Shown: positions 52,786 through 60,246 of the stretch, piece by piece
Layout: each line of letters starts with the position of its first letter
Position numbering within the stretch: the stretch's first letter is position 1
IMG/VR virus record: IMGVR_UViG_3300035670_000226
Span: 1 to 60,246 of that record
Direction: 5' to 3' (one strand)
DNA: 60,246 nt
Origin: a virus
Taxonomy: Duplodnaviria; Caudoviricetes
Program-made: the position numbers and the translations under genes
Notes under the pieces: model-generated
Database searches by the model: none
Seen by the model: the letters and a program-made list of their open reading frames with translations, nothing else
What the model was told of the DNA's origin: nothing

Positions 52786-53442
52786 TTAACCCACTAGTTG
52801 ACGAGCAACCTCAACCATTTCTTCGTTAGGGGCAACAAAGATTGCAGTAGCATCGTACTTAACGGCGTTGTTGGCGATGCTGGTTACCTCGTCTGGGTCC
52901 AACTCCCACTCCTCTGCAAGCTCTGAAGCTCGTACACGGTCCAAAGTGTAGCTTGTGTCCAAACCACGACCGATACGAGATACAGCCCAGAAGTGCTTAG
53001 CGAGAGGTCCACGGCGTGGGTCTACGTGAGCAGCTTCTAGTTGCTTGGCAAGGCTAGTAGATGCGGTGAGAATCTGAACATTCGGAGTCTCGTCGCTTAG
53101 TACAAGGACATTAAAGGCTGCCTTTGGTCGTGGAATGTCACCTGCAATGTTGCAAAGAGGGCACTCAGTGCCAGTGCAAACAAACGAGCGACGTCCCTCA
53201 GTGCGGTCAATCCAGTGCTGCTTGTAAACAGCGAAAGGAGAGTCGCCCAAGAACCAAATGAGGCGAGCCTCTTCAGTCCACTTGAAGTCAGTTGGGTAGT
53301 CCTTGTTCTCCCGCTTAGGCTTAATAACTGAGTTGAGTGCGTCCCAACCCGCCTGAACGGTGGTGCCGTGCTTTGGCTCGGCTTCTACTGAGTCGTCAAT
53401 GAAGTAGTCTTCTGCATTGACGTTTGGAGAGGAAATTGCCAT
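52786..53442 (-). CDS. Single-stranded DNA-binding protein (gp32-like)
   Basis: QHWI...FVC...CPLC...FNV; within the replication module. Confidence 0.65.
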   Translation of the reverse strand: MAISSPNVNAEDYFIDDSVEAEPKHGTTVQAGWDALNSVIKPKRENKDYPTDFKWTEEARLIWFLGDSPFAVYKQHWIDRTEGRRSFVCTGTECPLCNIAGDIPRPKAAFNVLVLSDETPNVQILTASTSLAKQLEAAHVDPRRGPLAKHFWAVSRIGRGLDTSYTLDRVRASELAEEWELDPDEVTSIANNAVKYDATAIFVAPNEEMVEVARQLVG

Positions 53443-53465
53443 TTTCTTACTTACTTTCTTATTAG

Positions 53466-53960
53466 TTATTCTTGATTTCTTTTGGCATTTGCTACAGATA
53501 CTTTCCATCGTTCAATAAGAACTTGGGTGAGTTCCTCTAGCAGTTTCCATTCTACACGTGCTGAGCCAAGAAGACCTCGTTTTGCGAATTCTTCAATAGA
53601 AATTTCAATCAGTTCACGAGTGTAAACACGATTTCCATTTACTTTCTGGCCGTTCAGCACTTTAGAACGGAGTCTGTATGGAGCGATAGGGATGTACCCT
53701 TTCTTTTCCCACAGTCGAATAGTTGGGAGCTTCTTTTCCAAGGCCTGTGCAAGAGCACTGACAGTGAATAGCTCCGTCTCTACTCCATTCAGAGTCTTTA
53801 CGATTGGGTTAGCATCCCATCCGTTAGATTCTCCGAAAGCTTTCTTGCGTTGCTTTTGAGCAACAGGGGTGTCTTGGCGGCGTGGCTGACGAGAGCCTGG
53901 AGCCTTGTCCAGTCCCTCGAAAGCCTTGAGGATGTCTTCCTCACTACGCATACCAGGCAT
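53466..53960 (-). CDS. MerR-like HTH DNA-binding protein
   Basis: FTVSALAQAL....TIRLWEKKGYIP...RVYT. Confidence 0.75.
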   Translation of the reverse strand: MPGMRSEEDILKAFEGLDKAPGSRQPRRQDTPVAQKQRKKAFGESNGWDANPIVKTLNGVETELFTVSALAQALEKKLPTIRLWEKKGYIPIAPYRLRSKVLNGQKVNGNRVYTRELIEISIEEFAKRGLLGSARVEWKLLEELTQVLIERWKVSVANAKRNQE

Positions 53961-53961
53961 G

Positions 53962-54405
53962 TTACTTCTTAGGTGTTCTCAATGCCCAGATGACCTGTAC
54001 TGGGAACATCTCGTCTAGCTGTTCTTCAGTAATCTTTCCTTCATAGAAAGAAGCCATAAGAGCGTCTTCGTCAATTACTCGCACCATCTTGTAAACATCG
54101 TCAGACAGACCAGCAGATTCAATGATTCCTTCTGCTGCTTCTTCGTTTAGCTCACGCTTTACTCGACGCTGCTTTTCAAGTCGAAGAACTCCGTCAATAG
54201 GGGCGCTAAATTCGTATAGAACGTTGCCCTTGTCATCTTCGATACCCTCTTCGTCAATCAAAGACATAAGGGTTTCTCTTAGCGCCTTCTTACGAGCTTC
54301 AAGCTCATCTAGTGATTGAGAAAGTCGAATGTACTCCCTAATTTGCGACTCAGGGTCGTTAGGGTCTGATACTGGTCTTGGCGGAATATCCGCTGCTCTT
54401 GCCAT
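53962..54405 (-). CDS. Hypothetical coiled-coil replication-module protein
   Basis: AGGAGG SD; charged helical. Confidence 0.6.
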   Translation of the reverse strand: MARAADIPPRPVSDPNDPESQIREYIRLSQSLDELEARKKALRETLMSLIDEEGIEDDKGNVLYEFSAPIDGVLRLEKQRRVKRELNEEAAEGIIESAGLSDDVYKMVRVIDEDALMASFYEGKITEEQLDEMFPVQVIWALRTPKK

Positions 54406-54413
54406 GATGCCTC

Positions 54414-55967
54414 CTAGTTCATGTTTCTTGTTAGAAAGTCTATAAGACTTCCAACGGTTAAGTCAACTCCTCCTTTGGAGTTTATACCCTCACCGTCAAG
54501 AATAGCTCCTGCAATGTTTGATTTTTGTTTTAGGGTGTCGTATTGTCGCTGTTCGATTGAGTCTTTGATAAGGACATCTTGAATAGTGATGGTAGGCCAA
54601 GTTGATGAAGCACGATTAATCCTACCGTTGCGTTGTACAGCCAAACCAGCGCTCCACGGCTGGTCGAAATTAACCAGGAGATTGGCTTGAGGAAGGTCCA
54701 CGCCATAGCCGCCAGCATCACTGCTAACGAGAACACGAACATCAGGACTAGTCTGAAAACGAACTTTAGCATCTTCTTTCTCCTTTGCGTTCATTTCTCC
54801 TGTGTAGCCTACTGCCCCCCAGCCTAGTTCCGTAAGCGACAGCACCAGTTGCTCTACTGACTTAACGTATGAGGCAAATACTACGGCTTTGTAGCTTGGG
54901 TCAATTTCTAAATGGTCTGAAAGGTACTTTATTGCAACATCCAGTTTAGGCTGTTTGGTGACCTCTGTCACTCGCTCTTTTAGAGAGTGAACAAATGAGC
55001 TTCCTCCATCCTGCTTTTCAAACAACTCGGCGCTGTGTTGGAGTAGCTTGGGAGAAGAGCAGAGCATCCTGAGCGCCGTAATTCTTGACATAATTTGCCC
55101 CCGCATTTCTACGGCTGCGTCCCCCATTTGTTGGAGTTGGCCGTAGTGAACGGCAAGATTAAAAGAAGACCCAAAAGTCGCCCTAGCTTCCACTAGTAGG
55201 TCAAGCAGGTTGCCTGCAATTAAGTCGTATAGCTTTCCACCTTTTGAGTCTAGGGGTACCAAGATTGGCTCTCGATAAATGGCATCTGGAAGGTAAGGCT
55301 TTACGTCTTCGTCTTTTTGAGACTTTCGTACCGAGTGCTCACTCATGGTGCGGTGGAGCAGTTCTAGGTTTCTGTACCTCTGCACTCCTCCAAAGTGATT
55401 TCTGACAATAAAGGTCTTATCAAAGATGTCAAATCTTCCAAGTGCTTCTTTGTCAACAAACTGCATAATGCTATAAATCTCTTCTGGTTTGCCATTTTCT
55501 ATTGGGGTTCCAGTAAGGGCAAATCTGATTGGAATGTTTCGAGATAGCTCTTTTACTTTTTTAGCTCGTTTAGCTCTAAACCCTTTGATAGCAGTGGCTT
55601 CATCGCAGACCACGGCTTTGAAAGGAATGTGCTTAATGATGTCCCAGTCATTTACAACTTGCTCGTAGTTCATTACGGTATAGCCGTGCTTAGCAATTTG
55701 CTTGTACTGTTCTTGTCTTTGCTTTGGAGTACCGTCAATAACAACGGCTGTCCTAGTTGTGAACTTAGCTACTTCTTTTTGCCACTGGTATTTAAGAGAA
55801 GCTAGGCACAATACGAGTGTAGGACCTTCGGGAACAAGCTCTTCGATGGCTGCAATGGTCATGGGAGTCTTGCCAAGGCCCATCTCATAAGCGACTAGGA
55901 TGCGCTTTTTTGCCACCATCTTTGCGACGGCTTCAGTTTGATAGGGCTTGAGCGTTCCCGTAAACAT
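54414..55967 (-). CDS. SNF2-like superfamily 2 helicase
   Basis: LKPYQ, MGLGKT, CDEA, LTGTPIEN, GGYGVDL, QRNGRINR. Confidence 0.92.
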   Translation of the reverse strand: MFTGTLKPYQTEAVAKMVAKKRILVAYEMGLGKTPMTIAAIEELVPEGPTLVLCLASLKYQWQKEVAKFTTRTAVVIDGTPKQRQEQYKQIAKHGYTVMNYEQVVNDWDIIKHIPFKAVVCDEATAIKGFRAKRAKKVKELSRNIPIRFALTGTPIENGKPEEIYSIMQFVDKEALGRFDIFDKTFIVRNHFGGVQRYRNLELLHRTMSEHSVRKSQKDEDVKPYLPDAIYREPILVPLDSKGGKLYDLIAGNLLDLLVEARATFGSSFNLAVHYGQLQQMGDAAVEMRGQIMSRITALRMLCSSPKLLQHSAELFEKQDGGSSFVHSLKERVTEVTKQPKLDVAIKYLSDHLEIDPSYKAVVFASYVKSVEQLVLSLTELGWGAVGYTGEMNAKEKEDAKVRFQTSPDVRVLVSSDAGGYGVDLPQANLLVNFDQPWSAGLAVQRNGRINRASSTWPTITIQDVLIKDSIEQRQYDTLKQKSNIAGAILDGEGINSKGGVDLTVGSLIDFLTRNMN

Positions 55968-56943
55968 AAGCTGCTTCTCCTAAAAGGGCTGACTTAGCAT
56001 TGTCGATGCCCCAGACAATCTCAGCGTCAGTCAGGTCACCTGGGTCTTTCTTTCCAGAGTCTCCGTAATTGAAGAAGTAAAGATTGAGACCATACTTTCT
56101 GGCATACTGCCGCATTTGGTCACAAGCCTTTTTTCCCGCTGAGTCAACATTTGGGTTATCAAACGCAGCAATAATCTTACCGCTATACCTAAGAAGTTTA
56201 ACTTGAGCCTCTGACACTATCGCTCCACAGGTTGCTACGGCACCTTCAATACCAGCGCTGTGGATGCGTAAGCAGTCAAGCGGAGACTCAACCACAATAG
56301 CTACGTCTTCACGCTGCTGAGCTAATCCAAATAAAGTCTTAGACTTCTGCAGTCCAGCAGGCCTGTTCTTAAACGTACGCTCTACGGTGCCCTTTTCCTG
56401 CCAACCCATTAGTGTTGCGTGTTGCGCATCACGCAATGGCAAAATCCAAGTGTGGGTGTTTTTGTTCCAAAGAACTCCATAGTGCTCTGCTGACTGCTCC
56501 GTTAGGTTTCGGTCAAACAAAGCCTCTTCTGGAGGAGACACATAGATAGCCAAACGTGCTTCAGACATTGGAAGCGGCTTTGGTGGTGGAGAAATAAACT
56601 GAGAAATAGATTGAAACTTCTGTTTTAGTTCGTCAATAGTAACTTCAATGGCTGATTCTAACCACGCATTAGCTGCTGCGTAGTCATAAGCAGTAGTGCC
56701 AGAAACCTCTTGTCCCCAGATACTGACGTAGAACTCTTTTACATCACAGACAAGTTGCTGGAGATTGCCCTTGTAACCACAGCTAAAACAAATGTGTTGA
56801 CCTGTGTCTAAGTGAATAAACCATGACGGATTGTGGTCTGGGTTACCCGTGATGCGTTCGTGCATCGGACATAGCCCTTGAGCATTCTCGCCCTTGTCTT
56901 CATAAGGGATTTCTAGAGAATCTAGTACTTTTGCTACGTTCAT
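55933..56943 (-). CDS. dnaG: DNA primase (DnaG-like, CHC2 Zn finger plus TOPRIM)
   Basis: CPMH...CFSC, VES.LD, AFDN..D.AG, KDPGD. Confidence 0.9.
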   Translation of the reverse strand: MNVAKVLDSLEIPYEDKGENAQGLCPMHERITGNPDHNPSWFIHLDTGQHICFSCGYKGNLQQLVCDVKEFYVSIWGQEVSGTTAYDYAAANAWLESAIEVTIDELKQKFQSISQFISPPPKPLPMSEARLAIYVSPPEEALFDRNLTEQSAEHYGVLWNKNTHTWILPLRDAQHATLMGWQEKGTVERTFKNRPAGLQKSKTLFGLAQQREDVAIVVESPLDCLRIHSAGIEGAVATCGAIVSEAQVKLLRYSGKIIAAFDNPNVDSAGKKACDQMRQYARKYGLNLYFFNYGDSGKKDPGDLTDAEIVWGIDNAKSALLGEAAYVYGNAQALSN

Positions 56944-58196
56944 GCGCCCATTCCAAACGGTCCGTTACAAAAACTGCACTTGTACTTTTCGGTCTCGTCA
57001 TGGAAGCAGCCGTTGTCCCAGTTCCAAACAATTGGGGTTGAATCTGGTGGACAGTTTCTAGACTGCACAATCCTAAGAAGCCTTAGGTTTTCATCTGTTT
57101 CGATTGGCTCTAGTCCAAGAATTACGTCAGAGTCTTGGAAGAATGAGGACGAGTAACCAATAGAGTCTGCCGTCACCTTTCCTCCTCGCATCTTCCATAG
57201 CAAGGTCTGTGTGGTAATGACTACAGGAATGTTTAGCTTCTGAGCCACACGCTTTAGTCCACGAGTGATGTTGGTCAACGCTTGTGGGGTGTTCGCTTCG
57301 CCAGTCACTTGGTCGAGCATCAGGTACACACCGTCAACGAACATGATGTCTGGCTTTAGTTGTTCAGCCTTGGCAACCAGTGAGTCAATAGTCAAACCGT
57401 TTACTGCGTCCACCATGTGGAACGGAGACATATCCTTTAGCTCTTCCAGCATGGTTACGTAGCGGTCTTCTTCAGAAGCGGAGAGCTTTCCTCGTCTCAG
57501 AGAGTTAGCGGAAATGTGTGCTCGCATGGCATCGTATCGAAGCGCCTGTTCGTGGTTGTTCATCTCAAAGGATTGAAACATAGGAACGTAGCCAGCCTGG
57601 TGAGTGTTTGCTGCAACTCGCAGTGTGATTTGAGACTTACCAGTCTTGGGAGGAGCAATTACGGTAATTAGCTGCCCGCCCTGAAGACCCGCAGTTGCTT
57701 CGTCAATCTTCTGGAATCCTGTAGGGATGCCGAGAAGCTTGTGGTCTTGTAGGTTTTCGTACTCTTCAAGACGAGCTAGTGGGTTCTTGGTCAAGTCAAG
57801 GTGAGTAGTGCCAACAACTCCCTGAGCGTTTACCTCAGATACGGTCTTGCTCATTTCAGTCAAAGCAGACTCGTGGTCGTTGAGTCCCATCTTTTCTAGG
57901 ACAGCTTCGATACCGTTTCGAGTCAGCTTGTTCCTTCGGAACTCCACCATCTTGTCAAGAAGGTAGTCAAGGGTATCTTCTACCTTGATTGCTTTGAAGT
58001 TTGGGAAGTTGTCTGTGACGGCAATGATGGTAGGCACTTCTCGGTATGAGGAGTAGTGCTCCCGAACAAACTTCCAGACACGGCGCAAATCATCATCAAC
58101 AATCCACTCGTCTTTGATGCCCCGCTCAATTACAGGGATGATGGTTCGGTCAGCAATAACCTTGCTTACTAACCGATACTCGTTGTCGTACGCCAC
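56940..58196 (-). CDS. dnaB: Replicative helicase (DnaB-like)
   Basis: GIPTGF..ID..T.G, APPKTGKS, SFEM, FVDG.YL, QDSD. Confidence 0.92.
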   Translation of the reverse strand: MAYDNEYRLVSKVIADRTIIPVIERGIKDEWIVDDDLRRVWKFVREHYSSYREVPTIIAVTDNFPNFKAIKVEDTLDYLLDKMVEFRRNKLTRNGIEAVLEKMGLNDHESALTEMSKTVSEVNAQGVVGTTHLDLTKNPLARLEEYENLQDHKLLGIPTGFQKIDEATAGLQGGQLITVIAPPKTGKSQITLRVAANTHQAGYVPMFQSFEMNNHEQALRYDAMRAHISANSLRRGKLSASEEDRYVTMLEELKDMSPFHMVDAVNGLTIDSLVAKAEQLKPDIMFVDGVYLMLDQVTGEANTPQALTNITRGLKRVAQKLNIPVVITTQTLLWKMRGGKVTADSIGYSSSFFQDSDVILGLEPIETDENLRLLRIVQSRNCPPDSTPIVWNWDNGCFHDETEKYKCSFCNGPFGMGA

Positions 58197-58212
58197 GTGT
58201 CCTCCTACAGAC

Positions 58213-58632
58213 TTACAGGTTGTTTAGGTCTAGCCCCCAAGAGCCGTATCTTGCAACCTGATTGGGTAAATCTATCACAGCTTTTAAGTTTGAACGATAT
58301 GGTAGCTCACTGACTAAGTCGTGAAAGCTGTCATACAGTTCAGAATAGTTGAATGGGTTGCCTCCACGATTGTCGAGGCGCTCCATCAATTTGGTCACAT
58401 CTTCTTCGTTCCAGCCGTCTTCCCAAAAAGCAGCCAGCTCAATTGCGAGTCCGTAATTAAACGATGCAGTCCAAAGCCTAGACAGCTGAGCATTGTTTAA
58501 AGAACTGATTTTACGACGCAACCTTGGTTTACCAAATACGGTTTTAGTCTTCTCAATTTCAGAGTTGACCACTACGTCAATGGTAACGATGATTCGTGGT
58601 GGCGTCTCGTTTGAGATATCGCCTCGGAACAT
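58213..58632 (-). CDS. Hypothetical protein
   Basis: Coupled stop/start. Confidence 0.6.
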   Translation of the reverse strand: MFRGDISNETPPRIIVTIDVVVNSEIEKTKTVFGKPRLRRKISSLNNAQLSRLWTASFNYGLAIELAAFWEDGWNEEDVTKLMERLDNRGGNPFNYSELYDSFHDLVSELPYRSNLKAVIDLPNQVARYGSWGLDLNNL

Positions 58633-58937
58633 TAGATAACTTCAACCTTGCCGTACTTGATGATGAACTCCCTAAACTGCTGAGAGTCCATGGTTGCAAT
58701 GTCTTCGTTGTCTAGGTCTACATCTTCAGGAATCAAGACTTGGTAGTGACCCTCGTTCTCTTGCATAGCCTGCTTCACATACTTGCTGTGAGCGCACTTC
58801 TTCCTAACAGAAAAAGCCGAACAAGTGCACCTAACTTGCGAAACGTTGTTTGAGTCGACCTCCACTTCAGCCACTCCAGCTTCGTCTAGAAATAGCTGCA
58901 AGGTTCGCCAGTCACTAATCAATCCAAGTTCCTTCAT
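58632..58937 (-). CDS. SWIM zinc-finger protein
   Basis: RCTC..F.....CAH. Confidence 0.75.
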   Translation of the reverse strand: MKELGLISDWRTLQLFLDEAGVAEVEVDSNNVSQVRCTCSAFSVRKKCAHSKYVKQAMQENEGHYQVLIPEDVDLDNEDIATMDSQQFREFIIKYGKVEVI

Positions 58938-59659
58938 TTGTTCCTCCTCAAATCCTTACCTTCAATTATCACACGGTTAAACGCTTCATAAACGAATGAA
59001 CCCATGGCGGTGCCGTATTTAGTTTTCCACTGAGACCGCTCCAAGTTGGTGGTCACAATCGTGGGTAGTCCCTTATCGTAGCGAGTTCTAAGCAATTCAT
59101 CAAATCCAGCTACGTTGTACTCTGACGTTGCCTCTTTACCGAGGTCGTCTAGAACAAGAACCCTGACATTCAAGTGGTCCATCTTGCTCTTGCCGTGAAA
59201 GCCGTCCATTTGAAGCTGCAGCTCTCGCTTTTCGGCAGGCTCTGCTTCAATGATTGACTTTTTTCTAGCAATGAAATCTGGAACGGTCATGTAGTACACA
59301 AACCGAGTAGCAGGACCTAGGTCTTCGTGGTGAAGCTTTAGCAGAGAGCGCATCTTGTCTGGCTCGTCTGGAAGCCTCCGAACTAGCTCCATCAAGCACA
59401 CAACAGAGTGGGTAGTCTTTCCCAGTCCTGCTGGACCGTCAAATAGGAGCCCAACTCCGTTGACTCCTAGACCACCAACATCTTGAATGACCTTGCCCTT
59501 GAGAACTTGGTCAATCCACTCGTTGATTTCTGGAGCGAACTTACCGAGGTCTTGCTCTACGTCTTCGGGGGATAGCCCTAGAAAACGATGCGGGATGTTG
59601 GATGTGTGCATCATCCATTGCCGTTTTAAAAACGGAAGTTGTTTAACGTCATAACTCAT
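58934..59659 (-). CDS. DnaC/IstB-like helicase-loader ATPase
   Basis: GPAGLGKT, LVLDDLGKE, PTIVTTN. Confidence 0.88.
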   Translation of the reverse strand: MSYDVKQLPFLKRQWMMHTSNIPHRFLGLSPEDVEQDLGKFAPEINEWIDQVLKGKVIQDVGGLGVNGVGLLFDGPAGLGKTTHSVVCLMELVRRLPDEPDKMRSLLKLHHEDLGPATRFVYYMTVPDFIARKKSIIEAEPAEKRELQLQMDGFHGKSKMDHLNVRVLVLDDLGKEATSEYNVAGFDELLRTRYDKGLPTIVTTNLERSQWKTKYGTAMGSFVYEAFNRVIIEGKDLRRNK

Positions 59660-60246
59660 TTGTCCTCCTGAGTTCTGCCTCGTGTCGCTCTAATGCCTTA
59701 CGCCCTGGCATTGAGTTATCGAAGCGCCTTCCATCTGAAGCATACACAAAGTCCTCCACAGGTGCAACCATCTCAGAAACATCCTCAGGAGCCTCTGTAG
59801 CGTCCATGTGCAGGTTTTTAAGTGCCTGACCGTAGCGAATGGTGAATGACTTCAAAAAGCGTCCCATAATGAATCCTGGGCTTTGGCGACCCTCGTGCTG
59901 AACCCATGGGTCTTCAAAAAACATGTCCATTAGCTCTAGCTCAATCACGGCATTCACGTTAGAAGTCCTACGCTGCTTAGCTAATGCTCCGCTGAGGTCC
60001 TTGACGCTAAAGGCTTTTCCTGGCATCACTGGCATCAGGCTTCGAACCCTAGCCTCAAACTCTGCAGCCACATCCATCGTGGTCCACTCTGACCTAGGCC
60101 GCTTGTTTCTAGTAGCTGGGTCGTTTTTCTTTACCCTTGGGGTGTTCTTTTCTTTAATTTCGTTATCAAAAAGCCCAAAGCCACTGAGTTGTGCGTCGTC
60201 GTCCTGCCAGTTTCCCATTACCAAGATTTTCTTCTTTCTACCCTTG
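59649..60246 (-). CDS. C-terminal part of a probable replication initiator (5' truncated)
   Basis: Frame open to the window end; directly upstream of the DnaC-like loader. Confidence 0.5.
   Translation of the reverse strand, partial: KGRKKKILVMGNWQDDDAQLSGFGLFDNEIKEKNTPRVKKNDPATRNKRPRSEWTTMDVAAEFEARVRSLMPVMPGKAFSVKDLSGALAKQRRTSNVNAVIELELMDMFFEDPWVQHEGRQSPGFIMGRFLKSFTIRYGQALKNLHMDATEAPEDVSEMVAPVEDFVYASDGRRFDNSMPGRKALERHEAELRRTNEL

Noticed and set aside
9508-58196. Inteins or introns in terL, recA, polA, dnaB
   Set aside because: Lengths are normal and no splicing motifs or frame breaks were seen

Overview
A 60 kb internal fragment of a tailed dsDNA phage genome, truncated at both ends. The host is most likely an actinobacterium, based on two WhiB genes, NrdH and GAAAGG-type Shine-Dalgarno (SD) sites. 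Layout: 1-18 kb (minus strand) holds tail-fibre, head-tail, N4-gp56-like major capsid, scaffold, portal, terminase and lysis genes. 18-24 kb is an accessory block (NlpC/P60, Hsp20, zinc ribbon, HExxH peptidase, nucleases) rich in structured non-coding sequence. 24.3-34.6 kb (plus strand) is an early/host-takeover block of small ORFs plus an amidoligase-GATase pair, a HicA-like gene and WhiB. 34.6-45 kb (minus) holds a nucleotidyltransferase-HAD-TGT-like trio and probable virion proteins. 45-60 kb (minus) is the replication/recombination module. The most striking unexplained signals are four: (1) an 80-nt tmRNA-like tRNA mimic with alanine identity (G3.U70, A73) and no mRNA-like domain, whose apical loop is complementary to the phage's own SD sequences; (2) similar anti-SD loops in three other hairpins; (3) a ~310-nt multibranch ncRNA with its own promoter and terminator; (4) a fixed-spacing RTTTAS-N24-NANNNT motif upstream of eight putative late transcription units, possibly WhiB-activated. 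All calls come from reading motifs by eye; no database searches or folding programs were run.
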